From Podospora anserina (taxonomy: Eukaryota), in contig CM030333.1 in assembly GCA_017654855.1 (NCBI GenBank), positions 496,001 to 560,000 of the forward strand: 64,000 nucleotides of DNA, written 5' to 3'. Position 1 is the first letter of the stretch. Every line of letters begins with the position of its first letter. The notes beneath the pieces were generated by a model. It made no database searches, was not told the origin of the DNA, and worked only from the letters and a program-made list of their open reading frames with translations. Positions 35,898 to 47,600 of this stretch are shown piece after piece. The position numbers and the translations under genes are program-made.

Positions 35898-36815
35898 TCA
35901 GCTCAGAATACCCCCAAAAGGTTTATACGTATCCAGATCTTTCAACAACTCGTCCACTACCCCTGGTAGATACCGGTCAAGGTGCTGCTTCTTGGCATCC
36001 ACACTCAGCGTGTTCCCACTTTCACTCTTTGACCTTTGCCTGCCACCGCTAGCAAGCAGTTTGGACTTTCCTGGGCTACCTGGAATTAACTCTGGCCCCG
36101 CAATCACACTCGTTCTGTCTGGTTTGGGGATATTTGGTGTTTCTGGCGTCAGGTAAAAGTACAAGAATTCCGTGAGGCGGAACTTGACCTCTCTGCCGGT
36201 CTCACGGGACTTGAACAGGGAGGTTACGGTAAGTAGACCGTCAAGGGCTTCGAATACTCGAATATTTTGGGGCATGTCGAGAAGGGCAACGACAAGGGTG
36301 ATTATTGTGGCGCATTGGATGGCAGGGGAGTTGATGGGTTCGAGAAGATCGAGGAGAAGCTGAAGATGAGGATACATGTTAGAACTGGCGGGGAAGCTAG
36401 AATGGCGGGCGTATCTTACGTTCATATGTACGCTGCGCTGAAAAAGCACCCTGCTTGGCGGGTGCAAAAGCAAGACGCCCTGGATGAGATCAAGCGCGTT
36501 GACTATCAACATGTCGTACGATCCATCTCCTCCTCGCACAACGAGCCAGTCGAGTGTGGTGAGAAGACGCTGCGCAACGTTCCATTCGAATCCCTCCTGG
36601 AGCTTGAAGAATTCTCGAAAAGCTGGATCAGGGGAGAGGTCTGCGAGCATTCGGCGCGGTGGTTGTTGTTGGTTTTCTCCTTGTTTCTTGGGGCTACCTT
36701 GGCCGGCAAGGCAGATCTGAGCAAGAAGGCCTTCGACCTGCCTTAGCCCCTTTTTGATTTTGGAACCATCGAAGGACGAGAGGTTATCGAAAGCGAGAGA
36801 GAGTAATGATTCCAT
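35898..36815 (-). CDS. cdc14: Cell division control protein 14, septation initiation network (SIN) component (S. pombe Cdc14 type, not the phosphatase), about 285 aa, 2 exons
   Basis: N-terminus MESLLSLAFDNLSS..KIKKGLRQVEGLLAQIC, then DPAFREFFKLQEGFEWNVA, ALDLIQGVLLLHPPS, NIRVFEALDGL and VKFRLTEFLYFYL, recognised from memory of the family. In-frame 60-nt intron 36419-36360 (GTAAGA..CTAAC..CAG). Confidence 0.8.
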   Translation of the reverse strand: MESLLSLAFDNLSSFDGSKIKKGLRQVEGLLAQICLAGQGSPKKQGENQQQPPRRMLADLSPDPAFREFFKLQEGFEWNVAQRLLTTLDWLVVRGGDGSYDMLIVNALDLIQGVLLLHPPSRVLFQRSVHMNVRYARHSSFPASSNMYPHLQLLLDLLEPINSPAIQCATIITLVVALLDMPQNIRVFEALDGLLTVTSLFKSRETGREVKFRLTEFLYFYLTPETPNIPKPDRTSVIAGPELIPGSPGKSKLLASGGRQRSKSESGNTLSVDAKKQHLDRYLPGVVDELLKDLDTYKPFGGILS

Positions 36816-38337
36816 CTTGTACTGCTAATCCTGGACTGTTGCGCTCGCGTGCTTCGTCGATTTGTTGCCTCGAGTATTGAGATTTCACAATGCGCATTCG
36901 CCACGTATAGTCGATAGTATAAGAGAAGTGCCACGGTTGGCGAGCTACACTCCTGAATCTGTATTGCTTGCGCACGAACTGCTCGGATGGTTGGTTTTCC
37001 TAGAGGTTGGACGCAGTATCGCGACAGGCGGTATAAGTGGGCGCGGTGATGGTTACGGGCCGGTTGTATACAGTCGAAGTAAGAACGCAAGCGGGTATCG
37101 ACGGGAAAGGGAGAGAGGACGGTACGCAGAGAGTCTTCGGACGCAAAAGAGTGCCAGACTGACTCGAGATGCTCTGTCGCGCCGGTTGGACTTGAGCTTG
37201 GTCCAAACTGGCGGGATATCGAGTCCACTGTCGAACAATCAAGCATTGGGTGCCACAGCAACCGGCTGATAAGATAAGGACCTAGCTGCCCACCTGCCGA
37301 ACAGGGATCACTCAACCTCAAACTGGGGAAGCGGGGCCGTGCGTTTTGTTTCAATGCTTGTGGAACCTCTTGAGCAACATTCCATCCAACACTGCATCAG
37401 ACTTCCAGAACCAGACCCAAAGCATTCAAGTCCAGGGCATGGCACAAGAGTCCAAGGACGCATGGAAAAGGGATGGTATGCAACTTTGAAACCAGATCCG
37501 CAAGGGAGGGAGTTTGTCTCCTTTTTTATGCCGCTTCCTCTGTTGGGCTTGCTGCTTTTGCCCCCCCTTCACAATGTCTATTTCTTTTTATTTTGACAGA
37601 TACTCTAGAAGCTCAGTAGCGATCCCTTGATCAGAAATCTTGGATCTCTTCCATTCACTCTCAGTGCTTTGACGGTCAGCTCAGCTCATCAAAGTCTCCC
37701 GCTCCCACATCTCACCAACCAATGTCTGTGGCTTAGCTTTGGCCAAAGAACCAACCAACCGTCTGTTCCCTACCTCCAAAGGCTTTGTTGCAGTGGTAAA
37801 TATTTATTACCACAAAGCACAGCCTACGGCGTGTAGCTATACCTGTCAGAGGAGCCGCTATTTCGCATCGAAAACGCCTGGAGGAGTGCTTGGGTTGACA
37901 CAGAGACAGCAGCCCACGGACTCTGTACGTTTGGCATTTCGACGAAAGTCTATTCAATCCAATTAAATTCCTAATTTGTCTCAATTCTACCCGGTGAGCT
38001 TGCCGACAATTTCTTTCTCTTCTTGTCTATGATTCGGGATCTTCAACGAGCACATGCAAATTTACCCCACCATCATCTATCCCACCTCACAACCCAATAG
38101 TGCTGTCGCTGTCACCCAAGACATGGTGGAGAGAAAGGCCCGATTTGCAGCAGTGAATCATGTCATCTGTTTTACCTCCTCTGGTGATTTACAGATTTGC
38201 ACGGGTTCCTTGCCATCATGTCTGCAGGAACTGGGCTGATGGCTGTGTACTGACATTGATAGTGGGGTAAACAGGAGAGCTGGAGCTAACCGTCAACTTG
38301 GCGATTAAACAGAGCTACACTGGAGCTCACAGATCGC

Positions 38338-39741
38338 ATGTCGTCACCAACATCGAGTGCCGCCCACGATCCGAGATCGCGCCCCACCACGGTACCTTCC
38401 AAATCCCGATCGTTGGAAGCCTCGAGGACGCGGAGGCTGCTTTTTAAAAGCCCGCGCCGCAAGCATCAGGCAACGATGGACAGTTCCTCTCCTCTTCATC
38501 CCTCCTCGTTCAACAATCCCGCAGCTGCCCCTCATCCCCAGGCTCCTACACAGATACCCTTCCTGCAGTCATCTGCTGTCATCCCTCCTCGGACTACATC
38601 GTCAAACTTCGCTGCCTCGACAGTCCCACCAGCTTCAACAAAACCAAATTCTAAAACCATCCTAGAGAGCAGTTGGCTATCAGGCTCCGCTGCAAACCCT
38701 AGTCAGACAACACCTGGCCATACCCGCCATCAAAGTCGCAAACCTTCTGTTACTTCCAGTTCCTCGTTTCCCTCAAACGCAATGGCTCAACAACAACCGC
38801 CAGACCCCTCCCGTTTCGCAACCGAGGATTTCTTCCTCAACACCAAGAGGCTATGGACAGAGCAGAAGGACAAGGTCCTCACAGCCCCATATGATTACCT
38901 CAACGGCCACCCAGGCAAAGACTTTAGATCCGCCCTCGTCAACGCCTTTGACGCCTTTCTCGAAGTGCCAAAAGAGTCCAAAGAAACCATCACCAAGGTG
39001 GTTTCGATGCTTCACACAGCCTCCCTCCTGGTCGACGACGTAGAAGATAACTCTCTCCTCCGCCGCGGTCTCCCGGTGGCGCACACCATCTACGGTATTC
39101 CCCAAACAATCAACTCGTCCAACTACATCTACTTTGTTGCCCTCCAAGAGCTCCAGAAGCTCAAGAACCCAAAAGTAGTCAACATCTTTGCCGAAGAGCT
39201 CCTGAACCTCCACCGCGGCCAGGGAATGGACCTCTACTGGCGCGACACCCTCACCTGCCCCACCGAAGATGAGTACCTCGAGATGGTGGGCAACAAAACG
39301 GGCGGGTTATTCAGGCTGGGCATCAAGCTGATGCAAGCTGAATCCCGCAGCCTGACGGATTGCATCCCCCTTGTCAATGTTATTGGGTTGATCTTCCAGA
39401 TCGCGGATGATTACCAGAATCTCTGGAGCAAGGAGTACACCGCCAACAAGGGCATGTGCGAGGACCTGACGGAAGGAAAGTTTTCGTTTCCGGTCATCCA
39501 CAGCATCAGGAGCAATCCGTCTAATTCCCAGCTGCTGAATATCTTGAGGCAAAAGACTACGAATGAGGAGGTGAAGAGGTATGCGGTTTCGTATATGCAG
39601 AGCACGGGGAGCTTTGATTATACGAAGAAGGTGGTGCACACGCTGATTGAGAGGGCGAGGAGAATGGCAGATGAGCTGGATGAGGGGAAGGGGAGGGCGG
39701 TGTTGGTGCATAAGATTTTGGATAGGGTTGTTATTGATTGA
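38338..39741 (+). CDS. al-3: Geranylgeranyl pyrophosphate synthase (Neurospora al-3 / yeast BTS1 type) with a low-complexity N-terminal extension
   Basis: Motifs [59 protein letters not shown] and [11 protein letters not shown]. In-frame ATGs at 38338, 38476 and 38782, so the true start is uncertain. Confidence 0.93.
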   Translation: MSSPTSSAAHDPRSRPTTVPSKSRSLEASRTRRLLFKSPRRKHQATMDSSSPLHPSSFNNPAAAPHPQAPTQIPFLQSSAVIPPRTTSSNFAASTVPPASTKPNSKTILESSWLSGSAANPSQTTPGHTRHQSRKPSVTSSSSFPSNAMAQQQPPDPSRFATEDFFLNTKRLWTEQKDKVLTAPYDYLNGHPGKDFRSALVNAFDAFLEVPKESKETITKVVSMLHTASLLVDDVEDNSLLRRGLPVAHTIYGIPQTINSSNYIYFVALQELQKLKNPKVVNIFAEELLNLHRGQGMDLYWRDTLTCPTEDEYLEMVGNKTGGLFRLGIKLMQAESRSLTDCIPLVNVIGLIFQIADDYQNLWSKEYTANKGMCEDLTEGKFSFPVIHSIRSNPSNSQLLNILRQKTTNEEVKRYAVSYMQSTGSFDYTKKVVHTLIERARRMADELDEGKGRAVLVHKILDRVVID

Positions 39742-39912
39742 TCGCAATGGTTATCTTTTGAGCAGGATCTTTCTCTATTGTGTGGCGAGGAGTTGAGCGA
39801 TGGGTTCTTTGTTTGAGAGCCAATACCTATGATACCAATGATGAAGTGGACAGAATAACCGGTATTGCAACTCAGGAAGGTGTAATAATCTTCAACTTGC
39901 ACCTTTTAATAT

Positions 39913-39980
39913 GGGGAATATGTTTAGGAGAATATGGTTAGGAGAATATGTTTAGGGGAATATGTTTAAGGAAATCTTTA
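39913..39980. repeat. Tandem minisatellite, 14-bp unit GG(G/A)GAATATG(T/G)TTA, four copies plus a decayed fifth
   Basis: ggggaatatgttta / ggagaatatggtta / ggagaatatgttta / ggggaatatgttta / aggaaatcttta, between two convergent 3' ends. Confidence 0.85.
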
Positions 39981-40214
39981 CCTAGCAGCGCATAAAGTTA
40001 TGAAGCGTGTTGCGGGTTAGGGTTTCATTTTTTTCTTCCTTGGTATTCTCTATTTCTTTGTCCACCACGTGGACAGCAACACCAATTTCCAGCCACGCGG
40101 TAAACCTCAAGTTGCAACCAAAGCAGTGTAACCAGTCTCACAAACGGAAAGAAGCATGATCATAACTCATCCCATTCATAAACCTATCCTCTACCATTCT
40201 GTAGTTCTGTTAAC

Positions 40215-41800
40215 CTAGCCAGTGACATTCTTCCTCCTCACCATCCTCACCCACCTCCTTCTCCTCCACTCCCCCCTCCGTCCCATCCCCTCCTCCCCCT
40301 CCTCCCAACTCAACCCCCCATTCTGCCTCATCGGGGTAGCCTGATTACCGCTCCTCACCGGCTCCTCCTCACTTTCCTCCCCAATCGTCCCCATCCCCCC
40401 ACCACCACCAGCAGACTTTTCCGAAGAAGAGGCGATATCATAAACCCACCTCTCCCCCTCCGTCTCAATCTCCACGCCCGTAATAATCCTCTCCTCTACC
40501 CACTCCCTGCTCCACAGATCAAGCCCCCACTTCTTCTCTGACCACTCCCACCCTTCTGGCGGCTGGACATCCTCAAAGAATCTCGTTCCCTGCGGTCGCT
40601 GCCCAGAGATGCGCTGGGCTGATAAAGGGTCGTATGGCGAGGGGGAAAAAACCCATGGTTCCCACTCCCCTCCGGGGTAATGACTCAACCGTTGAAGTTC
40701 AAAGATTTCCACCTCGCGGGTTTCAGGGGCGGAGTCGAGGATTATTTCCTTCGATAGCAAAGCTGGGATATCAACAGTGGGGATTTTAACCTGGTGAGGG
40801 TCGGTCGGGGAAGAGAGCGTGGGATTGTGGTGAAGGTACTGCTCCGTGGCTTGAGCGACAAGCCTGTTGATTGTTGGGTGAGCAGACAATATGGCACCCC
40901 AGCCCCCCACAAGCATGAGGTAGCGCCAGGGGATGAGGTGGGCTGATATGAGCATTACTACCAGAGCGGCGAATAGCCCGACGAAAATAGCGGATGAGAG
41001 CGCCTCGTCGGAGAAGTTGGTTACGGGGACGATTAGAGTCACGACTTTGTCGTGGACGACGGAGAAATCCTCCATGACGTTTTGGAGGTCACCCATGTTG
41101 CGGAAGAAGTCCTTGGACAGCTCTTTGGTGGGCTGGAAGTTGCGAGCTGGTGCTAAAGGAGGGCCACGGGGGGAATAGCCTAGGTTTCGGACTTGGTGGT
41201 CGGGGTCGGAGGATGTTGACGGGGCAGGGTGACGGGCGATGAAGGAGGGGACGAAGATGAAGAAGACGGCTATCGCGAGGGGAAGTGCGAAGAGGAGGTA
41301 GGGGTCGAGGCAGACGAAGGTGTAGACTGCGAGGAGGGAGAGGGTGTGGGTTGGTTTGCGCCATGAAAGCACTTTCAGAGCTCGAGACTGGAATTTGAAA
41401 ACCACACCAATGCGAGCGTTGAAGCGGCGGAAGTTGTTGGACATCAAAGGGATAGAGAATCCGGGTCGTTCGGCAAAGGCTGGAGGGTCGTCACCTCCCA
41501 TGATGGAGGGTGTTTGTGTGTGACCATCTTCTGCTGGTATCACTTGTGATAGAAGTCTGTATGAAGTGGTTAGCATACCAGGGCTCGAAATTAGAAGAGC
41601 GGAAAAACACAAAAGACCTACTTCTCTAGTAGTTTGTCTTGTATACTTGCAGCCCGAAATATACCATTCTTCAAGCTTTTTACTTTCCTCGCCGAGCGAG
41701 ATTGATGATCTTGTGGTTGTGATGGTTGGCTTTCATCACCTTCTGGCATGACGGATTCATCGGCGGCAGTCAATAACTGTTCTTCCAGTTCATCCACCAT
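40215..41800 (-). CDS. Pex24-family integral peroxisomal/ER membrane peroxin (Pex28/Pex29-like) with a C-terminal dysferlin-type motif, about 506 aa
   Basis: Exons 41800-41622 and 41556-40215, intron 41621-41557 (GTAGGT..GCTAAC..CAG). Motifs IQDKLLEKLLSQVIP, FSIPLMSNNFRRFNARIG, LSWRKPTHTLSLL, FFRNMGDLQNVM, EVEIFELQR, PPEGWEW and WRRRRWVR, plus hydrophobic segments. Confidence 0.85.
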
Positions 41801-43710
41801 CGTGATAATAAGTCAAGGGAGATCGTGATGTTTATCGATGATTATGCGCTGAAGACCGGAGTGTTGATGATTCTGTCTCACTATTCTGTTCTTGGATGCA
41901 TGTGAATCTCATGCATCACTCATGAGAGCCCCACAACCGGTGTTCGATGGTCAAGTCTGGATGAGAGCCGGTCCCAGGAGTCGAACTGCGCGATACGCAG
42001 GAGTCTCGATGAAGGAATGGGTTCAACGGTTGACGGGTGCTCGGTAGATGAGGCTGTTACAATTGTTGAAGGGGAGATGCCGATAAGATTCAGGTGGTGG
42101 CTGTAAGACTGAGGTTGCGTGTCTGGTGTCGTCACTGGTGAACCTCTCAAGCCCGGGCCACACAACGTCACATGCCACAAAACTGGGCCAAGACAAGCGC
42201 TACGTTTAGGTGCTGCAAAGTACAGCAGAAAGGACATTTGTACATAAATAATCAGCATCTTTGTTACATTTCAAGGAACGCCATATCGCACCATTCGGCC
42301 AACTTGCGTGGAATAAGAGTGTACGACCAAAACATGCAATTCCCAAAACCACGCGCTGAAGCACGCCCGTTCGTACCGGAGCGCCGGGTTCGGTGGCTAC
42401 ATCCGGGGCCGTCACTCCGCTAAAAGGTACGGAATTCGGCAGGCCATCTGCAGGGTCCCGCGAATCCTGCTTTTCCCCGCCGTGTCCGATGGCTTCTCCA
42501 AGAACGAGGAGCCTCACCATTGTTTGATGTTACATCAAGAACGTTGACAGGAGATGAGGCACGACATTTACTGATGATACTACGGCGTAGTATAGCGCGC
42601 CTGGCACGCGTTGTTGGCGCGTGGCCGAAATGTTCTCGAAAATCGAAATGAACTGGGAAATGCATCAATACTACTCCATACCACCGGTTGGTTCTGCATC
42701 CAAAAACAGTCAACAACCGAACATTATTATCTCCCCAGCCAGTTTCGATGAGACACGATCGGAAATTAGGGATATAACCCGCCCTTCTATCTGAAGAGCC
42801 AATGGCCACGACGGCTCGGGGCATTTCCGGGTCGATAGTCGAGATGCCCTTCAAGATGAAATCCATTGTCGCATAATAACGAGCCGGGATGAGGGGCCGG
42901 GTTGCTGAGGTCGATTCCTACACCGTCTTAATGCCCTCTGTTAAGCAAACAACAAACAACAGCCAGGTAGTCGACAACAAGCAAGGTCGTGCTGGTTGCT
43001 GTGTTGCTGATAGGCACGATGCGCCGATGGACCCATTCAGGCACATGTACAGATAGATCTAGGTATGTAGGGACACCGCTTCTTCGCAACACGATACCTG
43101 GAAGAGGGGTTTGCAGCAGCGCGGTGCACAGGTGGCAGGCTGGGAAGCTCTCGATGCTGGAAGGTGAGTGGTGCCAAGCAAGGACCGCAGAAGCCGAGCG
43201 GAACCCGCTGGCAGCAGAGACTGTGCTCGTCATTCCCGTTTCGAAGACAGCCAGGCAGAGTTTGCTGGCTTGGTGGTTTTTTTGGCGGTCCCCTCCTCAC
43301 CGTCGACGAGTCGACGCCACTAACAGCTAGCATCTGGAGTGTTGCCGTGCCTTGAATGGGACAATACTGGCATTGTGCTGCAAGGGCAGCCTTCCCCTGC
43401 ATGTTGCTCCCGTAGCGCCGTGCTAGAGGGCCGACAGTTTCGAGTTTGTTTTTGTTTCCTTTGCCCGATGCCTCTTTTGCATTGCTCTGCGACTCTGGAA
43501 ATCTCCAAAAAAGATTCAGTCTCCTATTCATGGCCCCACATGCCCCTGGACGCACGTACCATGCTGAGCCGGACGGTTCGTTTGCAACTAAGTTAGGAGG
43601 AGCTGTCGTGATTCATATCCAATCAATCGAGTGACAGATATATGAGGAGCTGACATGCCCTGTGGTTGTTGTAATTCTATCATGTTTTGAGGCAGAAGAA
43701 GAGAAGAGCT

Positions 43711-43765
43711 GCAGAGAGAGGCAGAGAGAGGCAGAGAGAGGCAGAGAGAGGCAGAGAGAGGCAGA
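43711..43765. repeat. Perfect 10-bp tandem repeat (GCAGAGAGAG) x5.5
   Basis: Read directly. It lies in the divergent region between the peroxin and kinase genes. Confidence 0.95.
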
Positions 43766-44689
43766 AATATAAGGGTTTCTTACCGTAAACTTTATGTGGT
43801 GGGACGGGGGCCAACGTCGGTGCAGGTGACGGGAGATGTGTTTGCACGATCCAGCCAGCCTCAGAGCAACCGATCGATGACCCTGCTCGGAGTGATCGAG
43901 AGAAGGAGTAGGTTGTCATTGTCCTTGATGAATGAAGGGAAGCCGTCTCCACGTGTTCCGAGGGCTCTGCAAAAGGTTCCAGAACATGTCGTGCTTCCTT
44001 TGACGTTGATGATATCGAGGTGCACCCTGCATACCGTTCCCTCGCCTCTTGCACTCCACATGCCGTTCAGCTGTTGCCCAGTGAAAAAAGCGTGCTGCTT
44101 GTCACGACCGCTGAAAGTTGCAGGACACCCCAGTGGGGCCCACCAAGCCCAGCCCAAGCCCACTGCCCGCTGCCACCTGCCACCAAAAACAGCCTGCAAA
44201 ACAACTGTCTCTCTCGCCAGTGGTGTGTCCCAGACCAGAGAGAGTGGAGGCCAAGAGACCAGCAGCGTCCCTGCACCGCACCACAACTTGACCCTCACCT
44301 CTTCTTCCATCGTTCACTTCACGACGTACGCTCCCAGTGCGCGAGAAAGCCACCCCCATTGTATTCTCGACACGCTCGATCCCACACTCTGCGCGCCCCC
44401 GGAATGAGGTAGCCTTTCGATTGTTCTCAGCTCCCTGACCGGACTGAGCCTTGGACGACGACGCTCCTAACCACTGGCGTTGATCCTTTGGGGGTTCGAA
44501 TTCAATCTACGCTGCCGAAGCGTGAATTGCAGCCATCGCCTACAGACTGACGCCGGGACATTGGCCTCTCCCGAGCCCATCAGCCTCTGCCACATCATCA
44601 TCCTCTTCAAGCACGACCCCCATTGATTTAAAGACTCTTGGCTGCTGCTGCGACGGAAAAAAACGAGTGGCGCGTTCTCGGCCGAACCT

Positions 44690-47600
44690 ATGAATAGAGA
44701 CCATCGCGCTCCGGCTGGGCCCAGACGGGAGAACCAGTCGCCCACCAGGTTGTGCTCCCCCTTTTGAACTGGCTGTGTCTTGAATTCGCTGCCTCGTGGG
44801 CATCGAAATATTCACTGGCACCTGCAAAAACTTTTGCGGCACATGGGACCGTTGCCTCATGCAGCATTGTGCTAACCCTTGCGATTGTTTTGTTATTCTA
44901 GGAGACCGCTGAACCTGAACCCCCCCAGTCCCACCAAGATCGGCTCCATCAGACGGCCCACCGTCGACGCTCCAATGCTCAGTGCCTCCTCTTCCAACAA
45001 CCACTCCCTCTTCTCTTTCGGGGCTGGGAATGGCGTGTCCAATAACGTGACCGACATCGCCAACGCATCCTTCGAGTTTCTGCCCTCGGTCAGCTTCGAC
45101 GACCTCCAGAGCAGCCTCGAGTCTGCCTCGACCGACTTCAAACTCACGCAATTTCCTTCACCGACTGGGCAGGGAACAATTTTGGGCGATCGAAGTGCGG
45201 GCAACAACCACAACATGGTCGAGCGCCTCGACATGACACGGCCAAGCGCCGCTGCCCATGCCTTGCCTCAGCAGCCTGCCATCACGCGTTCACGAACAGG
45301 CTCAATTCTACGAAGACCTAGCACGTCAAGCAGGCCGCCTCAACCTAGCACTGCTTCTACGCCATCTGGTAACCCAGGCGTGCCCAATGCTCCCACTGCT
45401 CCGGCTGTCATGCGTGCGCGCCGACAAAGTCATTATCCCCCAGTCTCCAACCCCAATCCCGCCAAGCCGCCACGGAAGTCAACTGGAGATGTTCAGCTGG
45501 GAGAGGCTCAGGTCAAAGAGGTTCAGACCCGAAAGCGGAGACCTAGTGCGGTGTCTTTATCAGACAGGCCCGTCCTCGAGGCTTCGAGAGCGTCGGTGGA
45601 TGTTGCACCTCGATCTACGGTAGTGGAGAGCATGCGGCACCTGACAAGCTCGAGAGCATCCAAGGCAAGGTCTGTGCAGCCATTGCCCAGATCCAACCAG
45701 GATATGCTCACACCAGACACCACGCTCAAACCCGAACATACTCACATAGCCATGGCAATGCCTCGCTCCCCCAACAGAGTTGCCGCCAAGGGTTCTACTC
45801 CAAGCTCAGCGAAGCGGATATCTGTCATGCCAGGAACTCATCATGCCAGTCACGCCACTGGACTGGGTGCACGAACTATCAGCCCTACCGATACAAGACG
45901 AATGAAACGCCTATCTACGATGCACCACGTTCAACAGGGCCCTGTTGCTGGCGCTTCCGCCGCGCTGCCCCATCCACCACCTATTTCGGCCGACGGTCGC
46001 GCCTCGTCTCGATCCCCTTCTATGCTGCCTCGAAAGATCTCGACCCCTTCGTCTTCACGAACCACGCCCGACCACACCAGAAAGTCATACAGCTCAGGTC
46101 TGTCCGTCAACTCAAGCACCAGTCTCAACACGGTGCGGACGTCCACTGGCTCTATGCAGCAGCGAGCCATGCAAGGTGCAAACAGTTCGCGATTGCCTGC
46201 CCCCAAGGCGCTCAATCTTCACAATTCGGCGAGCTTTGACAGCAGCGAGGAAGTGCCACCGGTGCCCGCGATTCCAAAGGCGTACGAGTCTCCAAAGGAG
46301 GCGCATCTCGAAGCTGCTTCGTTTCTGGAGAAGAGGAGGTCCAACCTGGCCTATGATGCCAGCAGCATCCATAGCAATTCGACAGCGAGTATATCGGGCG
46401 CGCAGACGAGTGATTCAGCACCTGCCAAGCTTCAACGTAAGCCAAGTAACAGGAAGACAGTACACACCTCGAAGCTGGATCTCGAGAAGAATCCTGCGGC
46501 AGCTCAGTCGAAGAAGAGCTTGCAACCGCTGCGGTTGCCGCCCATCACCCTTGGTCCCCTCAGCACCCCAACCGCGGCCAAGATTGCTGCTCTTCAAACT
46601 CATGGTGACAGAAATCTCTCCCCGCCCCCATCAAGGCAGATCCCAAAAACGCCGACGACTCCCATGACGGCATCGAAGGGCACATTTTTTGGAAGAATAC
46701 GGCCTGAAGACAGGGCCGATATACAGCATCTCAGGAGCAGCGCGTCGGTGCAGAGGCTCCATCGTGAAAGTCCTGCCACTACGGCAGAGCCACCCACCAG
46801 TTCTACTGAGTCCTTTGCCGGTGTGAAGAATGGAACCGCCAGATCAGGGCCGTCGCCTTTCTTGAGCCAGTCGGTGCCGAAAGGAGGGAACTTCGAGACT
46901 ACTTTGTTCAAAAGGTCAAAAACTGGCGGGGATTTCACCCAGCCTTTGGATGCAGCAGCAGACGTGCCAGTTCAACACAACAAGCCCTCGGGGCCCCGAG
47001 CGCAAAAGTCTGTCGTGACACGGCCTGCAGGTGGAAATTCCCCGCCACCGCGTCCCAGTCCGGAGGAGCCGCCCACTCCTTCTTCCATGAGCTCTCTCAG
47101 GCGCAAATTGAGCTTGTCCTGGAAGAGAAGCGCCTCCAAAGCCAGCGGAAGCCAAGGACATCACGGAGAGCAAAACGCCGTCAAGCATGATTCAATGCCA
47201 CCGCCGAGGATTCCTGTCTCGGCAACTCTGAACAACCTTCCCACCGGCAAGCCTCCAAGTCCCACTCCGTCCACGAAATCCAATGGCAATGGGACATATC
47301 TGGAGTCACGAAGACGGAAGAGCTCGGCCTCCAGCTTGAATGCGGTGCTTTCTGGGGAACGAAATCGCGGTGATACCGGTACAGCAGCTAAGAAGGATTC
47401 GACCCTGGGAACAGTGAACGAGCGTGCCACGGTTCCCCACAACTCGTCTGTGGTGCAAAGGATACTGAAACCTAAGGGCTCTACGGCAACTCTTCGACAC
47501 CACGACGTTTGGAATTCGGAACTCGACAAGGACGATTTGATTGCAGAAGACGAGATGAGGAAGCTTGGTTCACGGCGTAAGGATACTGAGCTGGCAGCCA

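Noticed and set aside
38338..39741. GGPP synthase as part of a PKS-terpenoid (meroterpenoid) cluster
   Set aside because: It is 26 kb from the PKS, separated by housekeeping genes. It is of the primary-metabolism al-3 type, and there is no prenyltransferase, cyclase or P450 in the window.
39913..39980. CRISPR-like array
   Set aside because: Head-to-tail repeats without spacers in a eukaryotic context, so a minisatellite.
43796..44412. 203-aa and overlapping ORFs upstream of the kinase
   Set aside because: No motifs or codon bias. The composition fits promoter or leader sequence.
44488..44505. GGTTCGAAT, a tRNA T-loop/B-box-like motif
   Set aside because: No T-stem closure, acceptor stem or cloverleaf in the flanks.
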